Below, piece by piece: positions 38,253-46,683 of a stretch of 64,000 nt of DNA (within the stretch, counting starts at the first letter, position 1; each line of letters opens with the position of its first letter). The notes under the pieces are model-generated. The model saw nothing but the letters and a program-made list of their open reading frames with translations. It searched no databases and was not told where the DNA came from. This DNA is from Deltaproteobacteria bacterium (lineage in GTDB: Bacteria > Desulfobacterota > Desulfobulbia > Desulfobulbales > VMSU01), in NCBI GenBank assembly GCA_021782655.1, contig JAJXUT010000001.1:5704-69703 (forward strand). The letters are read 5' to 3'. Made by a program: the position numbers and the translations under genes.

Positions 38253-39887
38253 TCAGTTAACCGGCAGGAATTCATGGGGGTGGCGCTGACGGAGCACGAT
38301 GTATTTCTTCCACTCCCGGTCGTTGAGAGCGGGGTAATCAACGATGTAGTGCAGGCCCCGCGACTCCCGGCGCAGACGGGCGGAGACGACGATCAGCTCC
38401 GCCAGGGTGGCGATGTTGCGCAACTCGATTAAGTCCGGGGTCAGGAGGTAGTCCTGGTAGTGCTGTCTGACCTCGCTAATGATGGGGAGCAGACGTTCGT
38501 GCACCAGGGAGAGACGCTTTTCGCTGCGCACGATGCCGACGTAGTTCCACATCAGGCGGCGGATCTGATCCCAGTTGTGGGAGATGAGCACGCACTCCTC
38601 GATCCGGGCCGCCTGGCCCGGCGACCAGGCAGGCACCCGAGGATGCGGGCTGGCCGCTCTGCCCGGCCAGTCGGACTGGCACTGGCAAAAGGCCAGATGC
38701 GCGAAAACCACTGCCTCCAGCAGCGAGTTGCTGGCCAGCCGATTGCCGCCGTGCAGACCGGTACAGGCGGTCTCGCCCAGGGCGTAGAGGCCAGGGATCG
38801 AGGTGCGGCCCCGGTCGTCGGTCAGCACCCCGCCGCACATATAGTGGGCCGCCGGCACCACCGGGATGGGATCGCGGGTAATGTCGATGCCGTAGGCCAG
38901 GCAGGTCTGGTAGATGTTGGGAAAACGACCTCTGACGAACTCCGCCGGCCGGTGGCTAATGTCCAAAAAGACCGAGTCGTCGCCGCTGGCCTTCAGCTCG
39001 CTGTCGATGGCCCGGGCCACGATGTCGCGGGTGGCCAGGTCGCCGGCCTGGTCGTACTTGGTCATGAAGGGCCGGCCATGCCGGTCGATCAGGCGTCCGC
39101 CCTCGCCGCGCACCGCCTCGGAGATCAAAAAGTTCTTGGCCTTGGGGTCGTAGAGGCAGGTGGGATGGAACTGGATGAACTCAAGGTTGGCGACCTTGGC
39201 CCCGGCCCGGTAGGCCATCGCCACCCCGTCGCCGGTGGCGATATCCGGGTTGGTGCTGTAGAGATAGACCTTGCCGCAGCCGCCGGTACAGAGCACCGTG
39301 GTCTTGGCTTGAAAGGTTTGGATCTCGCCGGTGCGGTTATCCAAGACGTAGGCCCCCAGACAGCGGTCCTGCTCGCCCGCCGGGCCCAGCCCGGCCTTGG
39401 AGGCCAAGAGCAGGTCGATGGCGCAGTGATTTTCGCTGATTAAAATGCGGGGATTTTTAGCGGCGGAGAGGAGCAGACAGCGCTCGATCTCCCGGCCGGT
39501 GAGGTCGAAGGCGTGGGCGATCCGCCGGGCCGAATGGCCGCCCTCCCGAGCCAGGTCGAGCTTGTCTTCCCCCTGTTCCCCGTGCTTGAAGGCCACCCCC
39601 AGCTCGATCAGCTCCCGGATCCGCTCCGGGCCGTTCTCCACCACCAGCCGAACGATCTCCGGCCGGCAGATCCCGGCCCCTGAGCGCAGGGTATCTTCAA
39701 TGTGCAGCTCGAAGCTGTCGCCAGCGGCCAGCACCGCCGCGATGCCGCCCTGGGCCAGGTTGGTGGCGGTGTCGGCCTGGGACTTCTTGGTAACCATGGT
39801 CACGGTGCCCAGGGCGGCGGCCTTTAAGGCGAAGGAGAGCCCGGCGATGCCACTGCCTATGATCAGAAAGTCGGATTGAAATTCCAT
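38253..39887 (-). CDS. nadB: L-aspartate oxidase
   Basis: DFLIIGSGIAGLSFALKAA..AQGGIAA..HPTCL..LISEAVRGEGG..GLYALGE.ACTGLHGGNRLASNSLLE. Confidence 0.95.
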   Translation of the reverse strand: MEFQSDFLIIGSGIAGLSFALKAAALGTVTMVTKKSQADTATNLAQGGIAAVLAAGDSFELHIEDTLRSGAGICRPEIVRLVVENGPERIRELIELGVAFKHGEQGEDKLDLAREGGHSARRIAHAFDLTGREIERCLLLSAAKNPRILISENHCAIDLLLASKAGLGPAGEQDRCLGAYVLDNRTGEIQTFQAKTTVLCTGGCGKVYLYSTNPDIATGDGVAMAYRAGAKVANLEFIQFHPTCLYDPKAKNFLISEAVRGEGGRLIDRHGRPFMTKYDQAGDLATRDIVARAIDSELKASGDDSVFLDISHRPAEFVRGRFPNIYQTCLAYGIDITRDPIPVVPAAHYMCGGVLTDDRGRTSIPGLYALGETACTGLHGGNRLASNSLLEAVVFAHLAFCQCQSDWPGRAASPHPRVPAWSPGQAARIEECVLISHNWDQIRRLMWNYVGIVRSEKRLSLVHERLLPIISEVRQHYQDYLLTPDLIELRNIATLAELIVVSARLRRESRGLHYIVDYPALNDREWKKYIVLRQRHPHEFLPVN

Positions 39888-39992
39888 GGGGTTGTTTTTG
39901 GGGTTGGTGTTTTTTAAGTTTTTGGGGCATTATGGGCCGCGATGCGCCGCCTGCAAACGCGGGCCGCCAACCAGAAATGGAGATCCTAAAAA

Positions 39993-40613
39993 ATGCCCCC
40001 GGTAAAATTGGTTGTCTTCGATTGCGACGGCGTGATGTTCGATTCGCTCGCCGCCAACAAGGCCTACTACAACGACATCCTGGCCCATTTCGGCCATCCG
40101 CCCATGGACGAGGAGGCCCTGCGCTACGTCCATGTAAGAAACGTAGTTGATTCGGTGCGGCGCATCTTCGCGCCTTACCCGGATGACTACCAGCGGGCCG
40201 AGGCCTACCGCCAGGCCCTGGATTACACACCCTACCTGCAATACATGCGGATGGAGCCCGACCTGCCGGAATTCTTACGCTTTCTGCGGCCCGAGCGGCA
40301 GACGGCGATCAGCACCAACCGCTCCTCCACCATGGGGCCGATCTTAAAGATCTTCGGGCTCGCCCCCTACTTCGACCAGGTGGTCACCTCCCTGGACGTG
40401 ACCCACCCCAAGCCGCACCCCGAGGCCCTGCGCAAGATCCTCGCCCACTTCGGGCGGCCGCCGGCGGAGGCGGTCTATATCGGCGACTCGGAGGTGGATC
40501 TGGAGCACGCCCAAGGGGTAGGCATGCGGATGATCGCCTTCAAGAACCCAGAGCTGACGGCGGATTTTCACGTCGAATGCTTCATGGAGATACCCGAGCT
40601 GCCGCTGTTCTAG
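39993..40613 (+). CDS. HAD-superfamily hydrolase (phosphoglycolate phosphatase-like)
   Basis: LVVFDCDGVMFDS (DxDxV)...STNR...KPHPE..YIGDSEVDLEHAQ. Confidence 0.85.
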   Translation: MPPVKLVVFDCDGVMFDSLAANKAYYNDILAHFGHPPMDEEALRYVHVRNVVDSVRRIFAPYPDDYQRAEAYRQALDYTPYLQYMRMEPDLPEFLRFLRPERQTAISTNRSSTMGPILKIFGLAPYFDQVVTSLDVTHPKPHPEALRKILAHFGRPPAEAVYIGDSEVDLEHAQGVGMRMIAFKNPELTADFHVECFMEIPELPLF

Positions 40614-40816
40614 CGGCCATCACCGGCTTGAGGGGCCAACACCGTAAGCCCCTCCAAGAAGTCGATCTCCCGGATCGTCGCCCCGGCGATCAGCCGGGGC
40701 GGATCAAAGAAGGCGTGCAGGGTGATTCCCGCAGCACTTACCTCCAGCTTGGTAGCGGCATCCAGGATATTTTCCCGGCCCGCCTCGTTGTCCATCACCA
40801 CCCGCATCTGGCACAT
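40610..40816 (-). CDS. Hypothetical 68-aa protein downstream of the PPTase gene
   Basis: Strong GGGAGG Shine-Dalgarno sequence 6-7 nt before ATG 40816. No family recognised (MCQMRVVMDNEAGRENILDAATKLEV...). Confidence 0.4.
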   Translation of the reverse strand: MCQMRVVMDNEAGRENILDAATKLEVSAAGITLHAFFDPPRLIAGATIREIDFLEGLTVLAPQAGDGR

Positions 40817-40880
40817 ATTTACCTCCCATAAACTGCTTATTATCTCTGACAATCCTACAAACCGCCTTGTTGCGACGCCA

Positions 40881-41708
40881 TCAATTCCGCCGGACGAAGA
40901 TGGCGATGACGTAACCCCGCTGGTGGCCCAACAGCAGCGGGGGCAGGGCCATCCCTCCGGGGCCGCTAAGCTGGCCACTCCACCACAAGTGGTCGCGGTC
41001 AAGACCGGTCAAGGTCAGCTCCAAGAATCCCACCGGTGCCGGGAGGCGGATCGCCTTGCGGGCCGCCTCCTTGGCGGCCCAGGCCAGGCACAACCTGACC
41101 GCCGGGTCAAGGCCGACCAGACAGGGGCTGGCAGCGAGCAGCGCCGTCTCCGCCCCACTCAGAAAGCGTTCGCCCACCCTCATCACCCTGGGGGTAACGC
41201 GCTGGATGTCCAGGCCGCAGTCCACGCCGTGGGCCGCCAGGGCCCCAGCGTAGTCGCCGCTGTGGGAGATGGAGATGGCGGGCCAGACGGGCCGGTCATC
41301 GGCGGCCATCCACAGCCGGGGGCGTCCGTCCTCGTCGGCCCGCACCAAGAGTCCCGGCCAGGCAGGCACGGCAAGACCCAGGCGGGTCATGAGGGTGCGG
41401 GCCGCCTCCTTGGCCGCCACCCGGCCACCCAGCCACTCGCGCCGTCTCTTGGGCAGGCGCAGGCCGGCCAGGGTCGCCGCCTCCTCGTCGGCCAGCAGGC
41501 CGGCGGTCAGCCTCCCGGCTTGATCTGCGGCCAGATCGGCCTCCAGGCGGACAAGATCGACGATTTTCAGGGTCAGCCCGCCAATTTCGGCCAGGGGCCC
41601 GTCACCGGCCAGGGCGGGGAAAGGCTCCCCCCACCAGGCTGAGGAGATAAAGGAGACTTCGTCTCCCGCCGTGGTGTCGGGCGGCTGGCCAACGGGTTTA
41701 ATCACCAT
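40881..41708 (-). CDS. Sfp-type 4'-phosphopantetheinyl transferase
   Basis: RRREWLGGRVAAKEA..ISISHSGDYAGA..GLDIQRV..LAWAAKEAARKA (PPTase motifs). Confidence 0.8.
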   Translation of the reverse strand: MVIKPVGQPPDTTAGDEVSFISSAWWGEPFPALAGDGPLAEIGGLTLKIVDLVRLEADLAADQAGRLTAGLLADEEAATLAGLRLPKRRREWLGGRVAAKEAARTLMTRLGLAVPAWPGLLVRADEDGRPRLWMAADDRPVWPAISISHSGDYAGALAAHGVDCGLDIQRVTPRVMRVGERFLSGAETALLAASPCLVGLDPAVRLCLAWAAKEAARKAIRLPAPVGFLELTLTGLDRDHLWWSGQLSGPGGMALPPLLLGHQRGYVIAIFVRRN

Positions 41709-42137
41709 CCACGGGGTGCGGCATTGTTAAAATTGTTAAATTGGTATAGTTTCACATGGTGCAATCTTAATGAAATCATATAGTTTTTACGGCTAAGGAC
41801 GGTGACCCTTCTGTCCGCAGCAAATACCGACGGCCTGGGTTTACAGAGTAAGTGAATGCTCATGGTTGTCCTTTTCGGGCGCTATCGGTTTCTCCGGGTA
41901 GGGCCCTTCCCTGCCAAGGGCCGCCAGCTACCGTCTATTTGTAACGGCGGCCAGGAATTGTTGCTGCTATCTCGCTGGTTTTATTGTATAGAAAAATTTT
42001 CGCCAGACACAACGGCCAGGCGGGCGGCGGTGGAAAGCCATTCCCCAACCGCTCAAGACGAGGCCACAGTCCGGGCCTTAACGCCGCTCACTGTACACAA
42101 GAATTTAGTTTTCAGAAACCTTTTACCCCTGGATAAC

Positions 42138-42692
42138 ATGACGGCATTAGACATCGGGGTGGTGATGGTGACGGTCTTCTTCCTGGTGCGGGGGGCGTGG
42201 ATCGGGTTTGTCCGGCAACTGGCCTTCCTGGCCGCCCTGCTCCTGGGGTATCTGGCGGCAGGCCGCTATTACCCCGACCTCTCCCAGCGCCTGACCGCCA
42301 TCGGCAACCCCCAGCTCCGTTTCGTCTTGACCTACGCCCTGCTCTTTCTCGCCACCTACGTCCTGACCATGCTGGTCGGGGTGGGCTTAAAAAAAGTAAT
42401 GCAGGTCACCTTCCTAGGCTGGTTCGACCGGCTGCTGGGGGCAAGCTTCGGGCTGCTCAAGGCCGGATTCCTGGCCACCCTGGTCTTCATGGCCCTGACC
42501 GGCATCCTTTCGGACCGCAGCCCGGCGATTGAGAAGGCCTGGGTCTCCCCCTATCTGGACCTCAGCGCCAAGTGGCTCGCCTCGATCATCAAAGACCGCA
42601 ACCTGCGGCAGGAGTTGCTGCCCCATCAGCCCGCCATCACGGATTTGCTGCCCGCCCCGGCCTCCGCCCCACCGGCGCCGGTCGGCAAGTGA
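42138..42692 (+). CDS. cvpA: CvpA-family membrane protein
   Basis: MTALDIGVVMVTVFFLVRGAWIGFVRQL... with four TM helices. The ORF-track start at 41856 was rejected as an untranslated leader. Confidence 0.8.
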   Translation: MTALDIGVVMVTVFFLVRGAWIGFVRQLAFLAALLLGYLAAGRYYPDLSQRLTAIGNPQLRFVLTYALLFLATYVLTMLVGVGLKKVMQVTFLGWFDRLLGASFGLLKAGFLATLVFMALTGILSDRSPAIEKAWVSPYLDLSAKWLASIIKDRNLRQELLPHQPAITDLLPAPASAPPAPVGK

Positions 42693-42702
42693 ACTGACCA
42701 CC

Positions 42703-43479
42703 GTGGCGGGCCAGGGCGGAAGAAAAAAACGACGGCCCCTCGACCCGGCCTCCTACCGGGAGCGGTCTTACCGGCGACGGGCGCGGGCCTCCGGCCTGGT
42801 GGCCTTCGAGGTGCGGCTCAAGGAGACCGACTTGCAGATCCTGGCCCCGCAGGAGGATAGCGCCCTGGCCCTCGATCTGGTGCGCTTCTACCGCAATCAA
42901 CTGGAAAACCATATCGCCGCCCGCCCCGAGTTCCTCACCGCCATGAGCCCCCTGGACCCAGACCCGCTGGCCCCGCCCCTGGTGCGGGAGATGTATAAGG
43001 CCGCCCAACTGGCCGGGGTGGGGCCGATGGCGGCGGTGGCGGGGGTGATCGCCGAGTTCGTGGGCCGGGGATTGGAGGAGGAGCGGGGCTGGGACGAAAT
43101 CATCGTGGAGAACGGCGGCGACATCTACCTGCGCCGCCAGGCGGACAGCACGGTAGCCATCTTCGCCGGGGCCTCGCCCTTGAGCGACAAGATCGGTCTC
43201 CAGCTTAAGGCCGGGCAGACCCCCACCGGGCTCTGCACCTCCTCGGCCTCGGTGGGGCACTCCCTCAGCCTGGGCCGGGCGGACGCGGTGACAGTGCTGG
43301 CCCGCTCCACCGCCCTGGCGGACGCGGTGGCCACCCGGATCGGCAACGAAACCAAGCGCGACGCCGACATCAATCAGGCCCTCAAGGTGGCCGGAGGCAT
43401 CCCCGGGGTGGCGGGGGCGCTGATCGTCAAGGGTAAGAACCTGGGGGTCTGGGGCGAGATGGAGCTGGTAGGGCTGTGA
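42703..43479 (+). CDS. UPF0280 / ApbE-like family protein
   Basis: ETDLQILA...GVGPMAAVAGVIAEFVGRGL...IIVENGGDIYL...GLCTSSASVGHSLSLGRADAVTVLA.STALADAVATRIGN. GTG start 11 nt after the cvpA stop. Confidence 0.7.
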   Translation: MAGQGGRKKRRPLDPASYRERSYRRRARASGLVAFEVRLKETDLQILAPQEDSALALDLVRFYRNQLENHIAARPEFLTAMSPLDPDPLAPPLVREMYKAAQLAGVGPMAAVAGVIAEFVGRGLEEERGWDEIIVENGGDIYLRRQADSTVAIFAGASPLSDKIGLQLKAGQTPTGLCTSSASVGHSLSLGRADAVTVLARSTALADAVATRIGNETKRDADINQALKVAGGIPGVAGALIVKGKNLGVWGEMELVGL

Positions 43480-43505
43480 GGAAGGGACGACGCTCGGGTA
43501 AGGCG

Positions 43506-44033
43506 CTATCCCTGCGTCCCGCCGGGGGCAAATTTGGCGAGCAGGGCGTCTTTCTCTTTTAGTTCGGCCTGGAGGCGAATCACCTCCTCGTTGGTCAGCC
43601 GCAGCCGTTCGGCCAGGTTCTCGGCGAACAGGCGAAAGATGGTGTAGTGGAAGAGGCTGGGCAACTGCCGCCGCTCCTCGGAGAGATGGGCGCAGTCCAC
43701 CCCCAGCACCATGGTCTTGGTCAAGGCCCAGACGCTGGCCGAGCGGGGCGAGCCGTCCACCACCCCCATCTCGCCGAACATGTCGCCCCCCTGCCTGAGG
43801 ATGGCGAAGGTCCTCTCGCCCTTGACGATCTTGACCTCGCCCGACACCAGAAAATATACCCAGCGGTCGATGTCGCCCTTCTTAATGATCGTCTCCCCGG
43901 CCTCGTACTCCTTCAACTTGCCAAGTTCAAGAAACGAGGCCAGGTCCTCGTCGGTGAAGGCCTGGAAGCGGGTGATGCGCCGCAGAAGTTCCAGGGCCTT
44001 CTTATTCTCCTTCAGATATTCGGTCTCGCGCAT
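43506..44033 (-). CDS. Cyclic-nucleotide-binding domain protein with C-terminal coiled coil
   Basis: GETIIKKGDIDRWVYFLVSGEVKIV...GDMFGEMGVVDGSPRSASV. Confidence 0.8.
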   Translation of the reverse strand: MRETEYLKENKKALELLRRITRFQAFTDEDLASFLELGKLKEYEAGETIIKKGDIDRWVYFLVSGEVKIVKGERTFAILRQGGDMFGEMGVVDGSPRSASVWALTKTMVLGVDCAHLSEERRQLPSLFHYTIFRLFAENLAERLRLTNEEVIRLQAELKEKDALLAKFAPGGTQG

Positions 44034-44169
44034 AATCCCTTTCCTTGAAGAGCTAGTATTTTTAAGGCCCGGCCAGTAAAAAAATTGTCAGCGGGGCGGA
44101 AGTTGCCGATACTGTTATGATGCAAGAAAAATACGGCCTTGAAGAAAGTGAGGGCGGGGAGATTGACGG

Positions 44170-44850
44170 GTGATAGCTAGGATACCGTGGACAACCGATC
44201 CCAAGCGGATCTGCGAGGCGATTAACGCCTTAATCGACGGTCGGTTTCTAGTCACCCTGCAACGCCAGGACGGCAGGCCGCTGCGAACCAGGCTCCTGGG
44301 CATCCACACCCACGGTAACGTCTCCTACCTGCTTATCGTCAGGCCGGCGGAACTTGATAACGCCTATCAGATACGCGAACTGTTGTTCAAGCTAACGGGT
44401 CTGCCGGTTCTCGGCTTCTCCTGCCCCATCACCCGCGAAAGCGACACCCTGCTCGCCACCATGTTGCCCTACGCCTTGTTCCGCCTGGAGCTTAGGCAGT
44501 CCGGGCCGCGCCTCTCCCCGCCCCCGGACGCGGTGGCCAAATTCTTCCTCCCCCGGCGTTCCCAGATGCTGGTCTGCACCCTAAGCGACATCGGATTGGG
44601 GGGCGCCAGGCTCTCGGGACCGGCGGCGCGGGAGATCAAGCCCCACGAGGTTATCGGCCCTTGCACCCTGACCCTGACCGGCAAGGAGGCGGTGATCCGC
44701 CGGGAGGTGACGATCAACAGCTCCCTGGTCACCCGGGTGGAGATGCAAGACGGCCAACCGGGTCTGGGACTTAAGTTTTCCTCAAGCGAGGACGAGGCCC
44801 GGCAACTGGCCGAGCATCTTGCCTTCCTGAGCCAGCCGGCGCGGAGTTAG
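44170..44850 (+). CDS. YcgR-like two-domain protein with degenerate PilZ motifs
   Basis: C-terminal half LVCTLSDIGLGGARLSG...GPCTLTLTG looks PilZ-like, but RxxxR is missing (RQSGPR) and DxSxxG is replaced by DIGLGG. GTG start. Confidence 0.5.
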   Translation: MIARIPWTTDPKRICEAINALIDGRFLVTLQRQDGRPLRTRLLGIHTHGNVSYLLIVRPAELDNAYQIRELLFKLTGLPVLGFSCPITRESDTLLATMLPYALFRLELRQSGPRLSPPPDAVAKFFLPRRSQMLVCTLSDIGLGGARLSGPAAREIKPHEVIGPCTLTLTGKEAVIRREVTINSSLVTRVEMQDGQPGLGLKFSSSEDEARQLAEHLAFLSQPARS

Positions 44851-45281
44851 CCAGCCACCCCGTTTCCTTGCGCCCGCTTCCCCTTGGCAGGAGCAGACTC
44901 TTCTTCGGGCACGAAGGCCCTCAGCACGTCGCAACCCTTGCAGATCAGCATCTTCTTTTGCCAGTTCCTCTGAGCCGCACATTCACAGATTGTGCCATTG
45001 ATAAACCAGCAGAGCTTGCCGGCCTGGAATTCCCAGGCCGGACAGGCCTTGCGGCGTTTGGGCGGGCAGTTCTTCACCTGCCAGCAGGGCTTGATATCGC
45101 CCTCCCGATCCCGCATCCGGGAGAGCAGGAAGAGCACCTGCCGCTCGGCGTGGGCCGGGATCTGCCGCCAGCCCTGCTCATAGCTGTGCAGTGTCTTGAG
45201 CGAAATGCCGAGCAGCTCGGACAGTTCCTTCTGGGTCTTGCCCAGCTTCTTGCGGATGAGACAGAAGTATTCTTTCTCCAC
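44847..45281 (-). CDS. XRE-type HTH regulator fused to a Cys-rich two-CW-type domain
   Basis: IRKKLGKTQKELSELLGISLKTLHSYEQG (HTH), then PCWQVKNCPPKRRKACPAWE..KLCWFINGTICECA..ICKGC (two CW dipeptides, 10 Cys). Confidence 0.7.
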   Translation of the reverse strand: MEKEYFCLIRKKLGKTQKELSELLGISLKTLHSYEQGWRQIPAHAERQVLFLLSRMRDREGDIKPCWQVKNCPPKRRKACPAWEFQAGKLCWFINGTICECAAQRNWQKKMLICKGCDVLRAFVPEEESAPAKGKRAQGNGVAG

Positions 45282-45313
45282 CTGAGACTCTCTGTTGATG
45301 TTATGATTGCTCT

Positions 45314-45365
45314 TGCAAAAGGTAGCCGATGGCTAAACAAAAGGGCAGCTATACAAGGCGCCAGG
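45314..45365. repeat. Intergenic repeat family B, copy B4 (left module)
   Basis: TGCAAAAGGTAGCCGATGGCTAAACAAAAGGGCAGCTATACAAGGCGCC, compared with CGCCAAAAGCTAGCCAACGGCTAAGCAAAAGGGCCGACATGCAAACCGCC in B1. Confidence 0.55.
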
Positions 45366-45419
45366 CGCTCCGCCAGGGCCTACTTCGTGTGACATGGATA
45401 AGGGCTGGGCCTGCTTTCG

Positions 45420-46583
45420 TCAAGAGGAATTTCTGTCCGGCAAGAGGCAAAATTCGTAGAGCGGATCGATTTTTTTGTGATGGATCATCTCGATCAGCTC
45501 GTCTGGGTGTTCCCGAAACTCCTCGGTCATGGTCTTGGGGTGGTAGAACGAGTCGTTGAAGGAGGAGATGAGGTTTAGGTGCTCCCAGCGGGTCAGGTAA
45601 TACTCGATCATCCCCGGCAGCTCGGTGAAGATGGTGATCCCGGTCTGCCTGAGCCCGTAGCTGGAGCGGGCCAGCTTGTCCGGAGACAGGGTCTGGCTCT
45701 GGTAGAAGTTCTCCAAAAACATCAGCTCGGCGGGCATCCGGGCCTCGATGCTGAAGGTGCTTAACCGCCGCATCAGCCACTTTAGCGCCGACCTGCCGAG
45801 TTTGGCCAAGGCATAGGGCACGTAAATCTCCTTGGGCAGGCTAAGTTGCAGATAGCGCCTGATGGTCAGGATGAGGCTGGCCAACTCCACCGGCTCGGGA
45901 TCGGTCAGGTTGTAAGTCTGGCCGCTGAACTCCGGACGGTGGTTTAACAGGTGGCTGACGAAGGGGCCGATCTTGCGGGTATTGGTGTACGAGTGCCTGA
46001 CCCCCGGCCTGGTGAGCAGAAAGGGCATGGCCTGGTTGACGATGGAGAAAAACAGCCGGTGGAAGCCCTGAATCTTGTGGTCGTGCTTGCCGTACACCAC
46101 CGCCAGGCGGACGGCGGTGTAGTCCAGCCCCTCGGTGCGGGCCAGGTGGCGCAGGGTCAACTCCGCCATCAGCTTTGACTTGGCGTAGTTGGAGAGCCCC
46201 GGGGTCAGGGGCAGGGAGTCACCCTCGGTCAGGTTGAGCCCCGAGGGCATGGTGGCGGAGGAACTGAAATGCAGATAGGGAATCTTTAACTGAATCGCCA
46301 CCTTGGCCAGACTGATGGCCCCGATGTAGTTGGTCTCAAACGACAGCAGGGGGTCGGAATCAATGGCGGCGATGGCGGCGTTGATGATAAAATCAGGTTT
46401 GATTTTTTCAAAATATTGCTTAATGTCGTTGGCAACCCTAAGACTCAGTTTCTTGCTGTTCGGGGCCAGGATCTCGTAATCTTCGCTGGCGCTGGTCTTG
46501 AAGAAGTAGGTAAGGGCGCCGCCGATCAGGCCCGAGCCGCCGATAATCACCCCCAGTCTCTTTCGATGCGCCGTTATTCCCAT
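45420..46583 (-). CDS. NAD-dependent epimerase/dehydratase (extended SDR) family protein
   Basis: RLGVIIGGSGLIGGAL Rossmann motif...YAKSK catalytic pair. Start set at ATG 46583. Confidence 0.75.
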   Translation of the reverse strand: MGITAHRKRLGVIIGGSGLIGGALTYFFKTSASEDYEILAPNSKKLSLRVANDIKQYFEKIKPDFIINAAIAAIDSDPLLSFETNYIGAISLAKVAIQLKIPYLHFSSSATMPSGLNLTEGDSLPLTPGLSNYAKSKLMAELTLRHLARTEGLDYTAVRLAVVYGKHDHKIQGFHRLFFSIVNQAMPFLLTRPGVRHSYTNTRKIGPFVSHLLNHRPEFSGQTYNLTDPEPVELASLILTIRRYLQLSLPKEIYVPYALAKLGRSALKWLMRRLSTFSIEARMPAELMFLENFYQSQTLSPDKLARSSYGLRQTGITIFTELPGMIEYYLTRWEHLNLISSFNDSFYHPKTMTEEFREHPDELIEMIHHKKIDPLYEFCLLPDRNSS

Positions 46584-46683
46584 GCCGTGCCTCGCTCGTC
46601 TTGCGGTAAGGTAAAGGATTGCCGGCCAAAGGTCAAAATAAAAACGTAGGCCATGCCCGGCGGGCCGTCCCGCCCCTCCCTCC

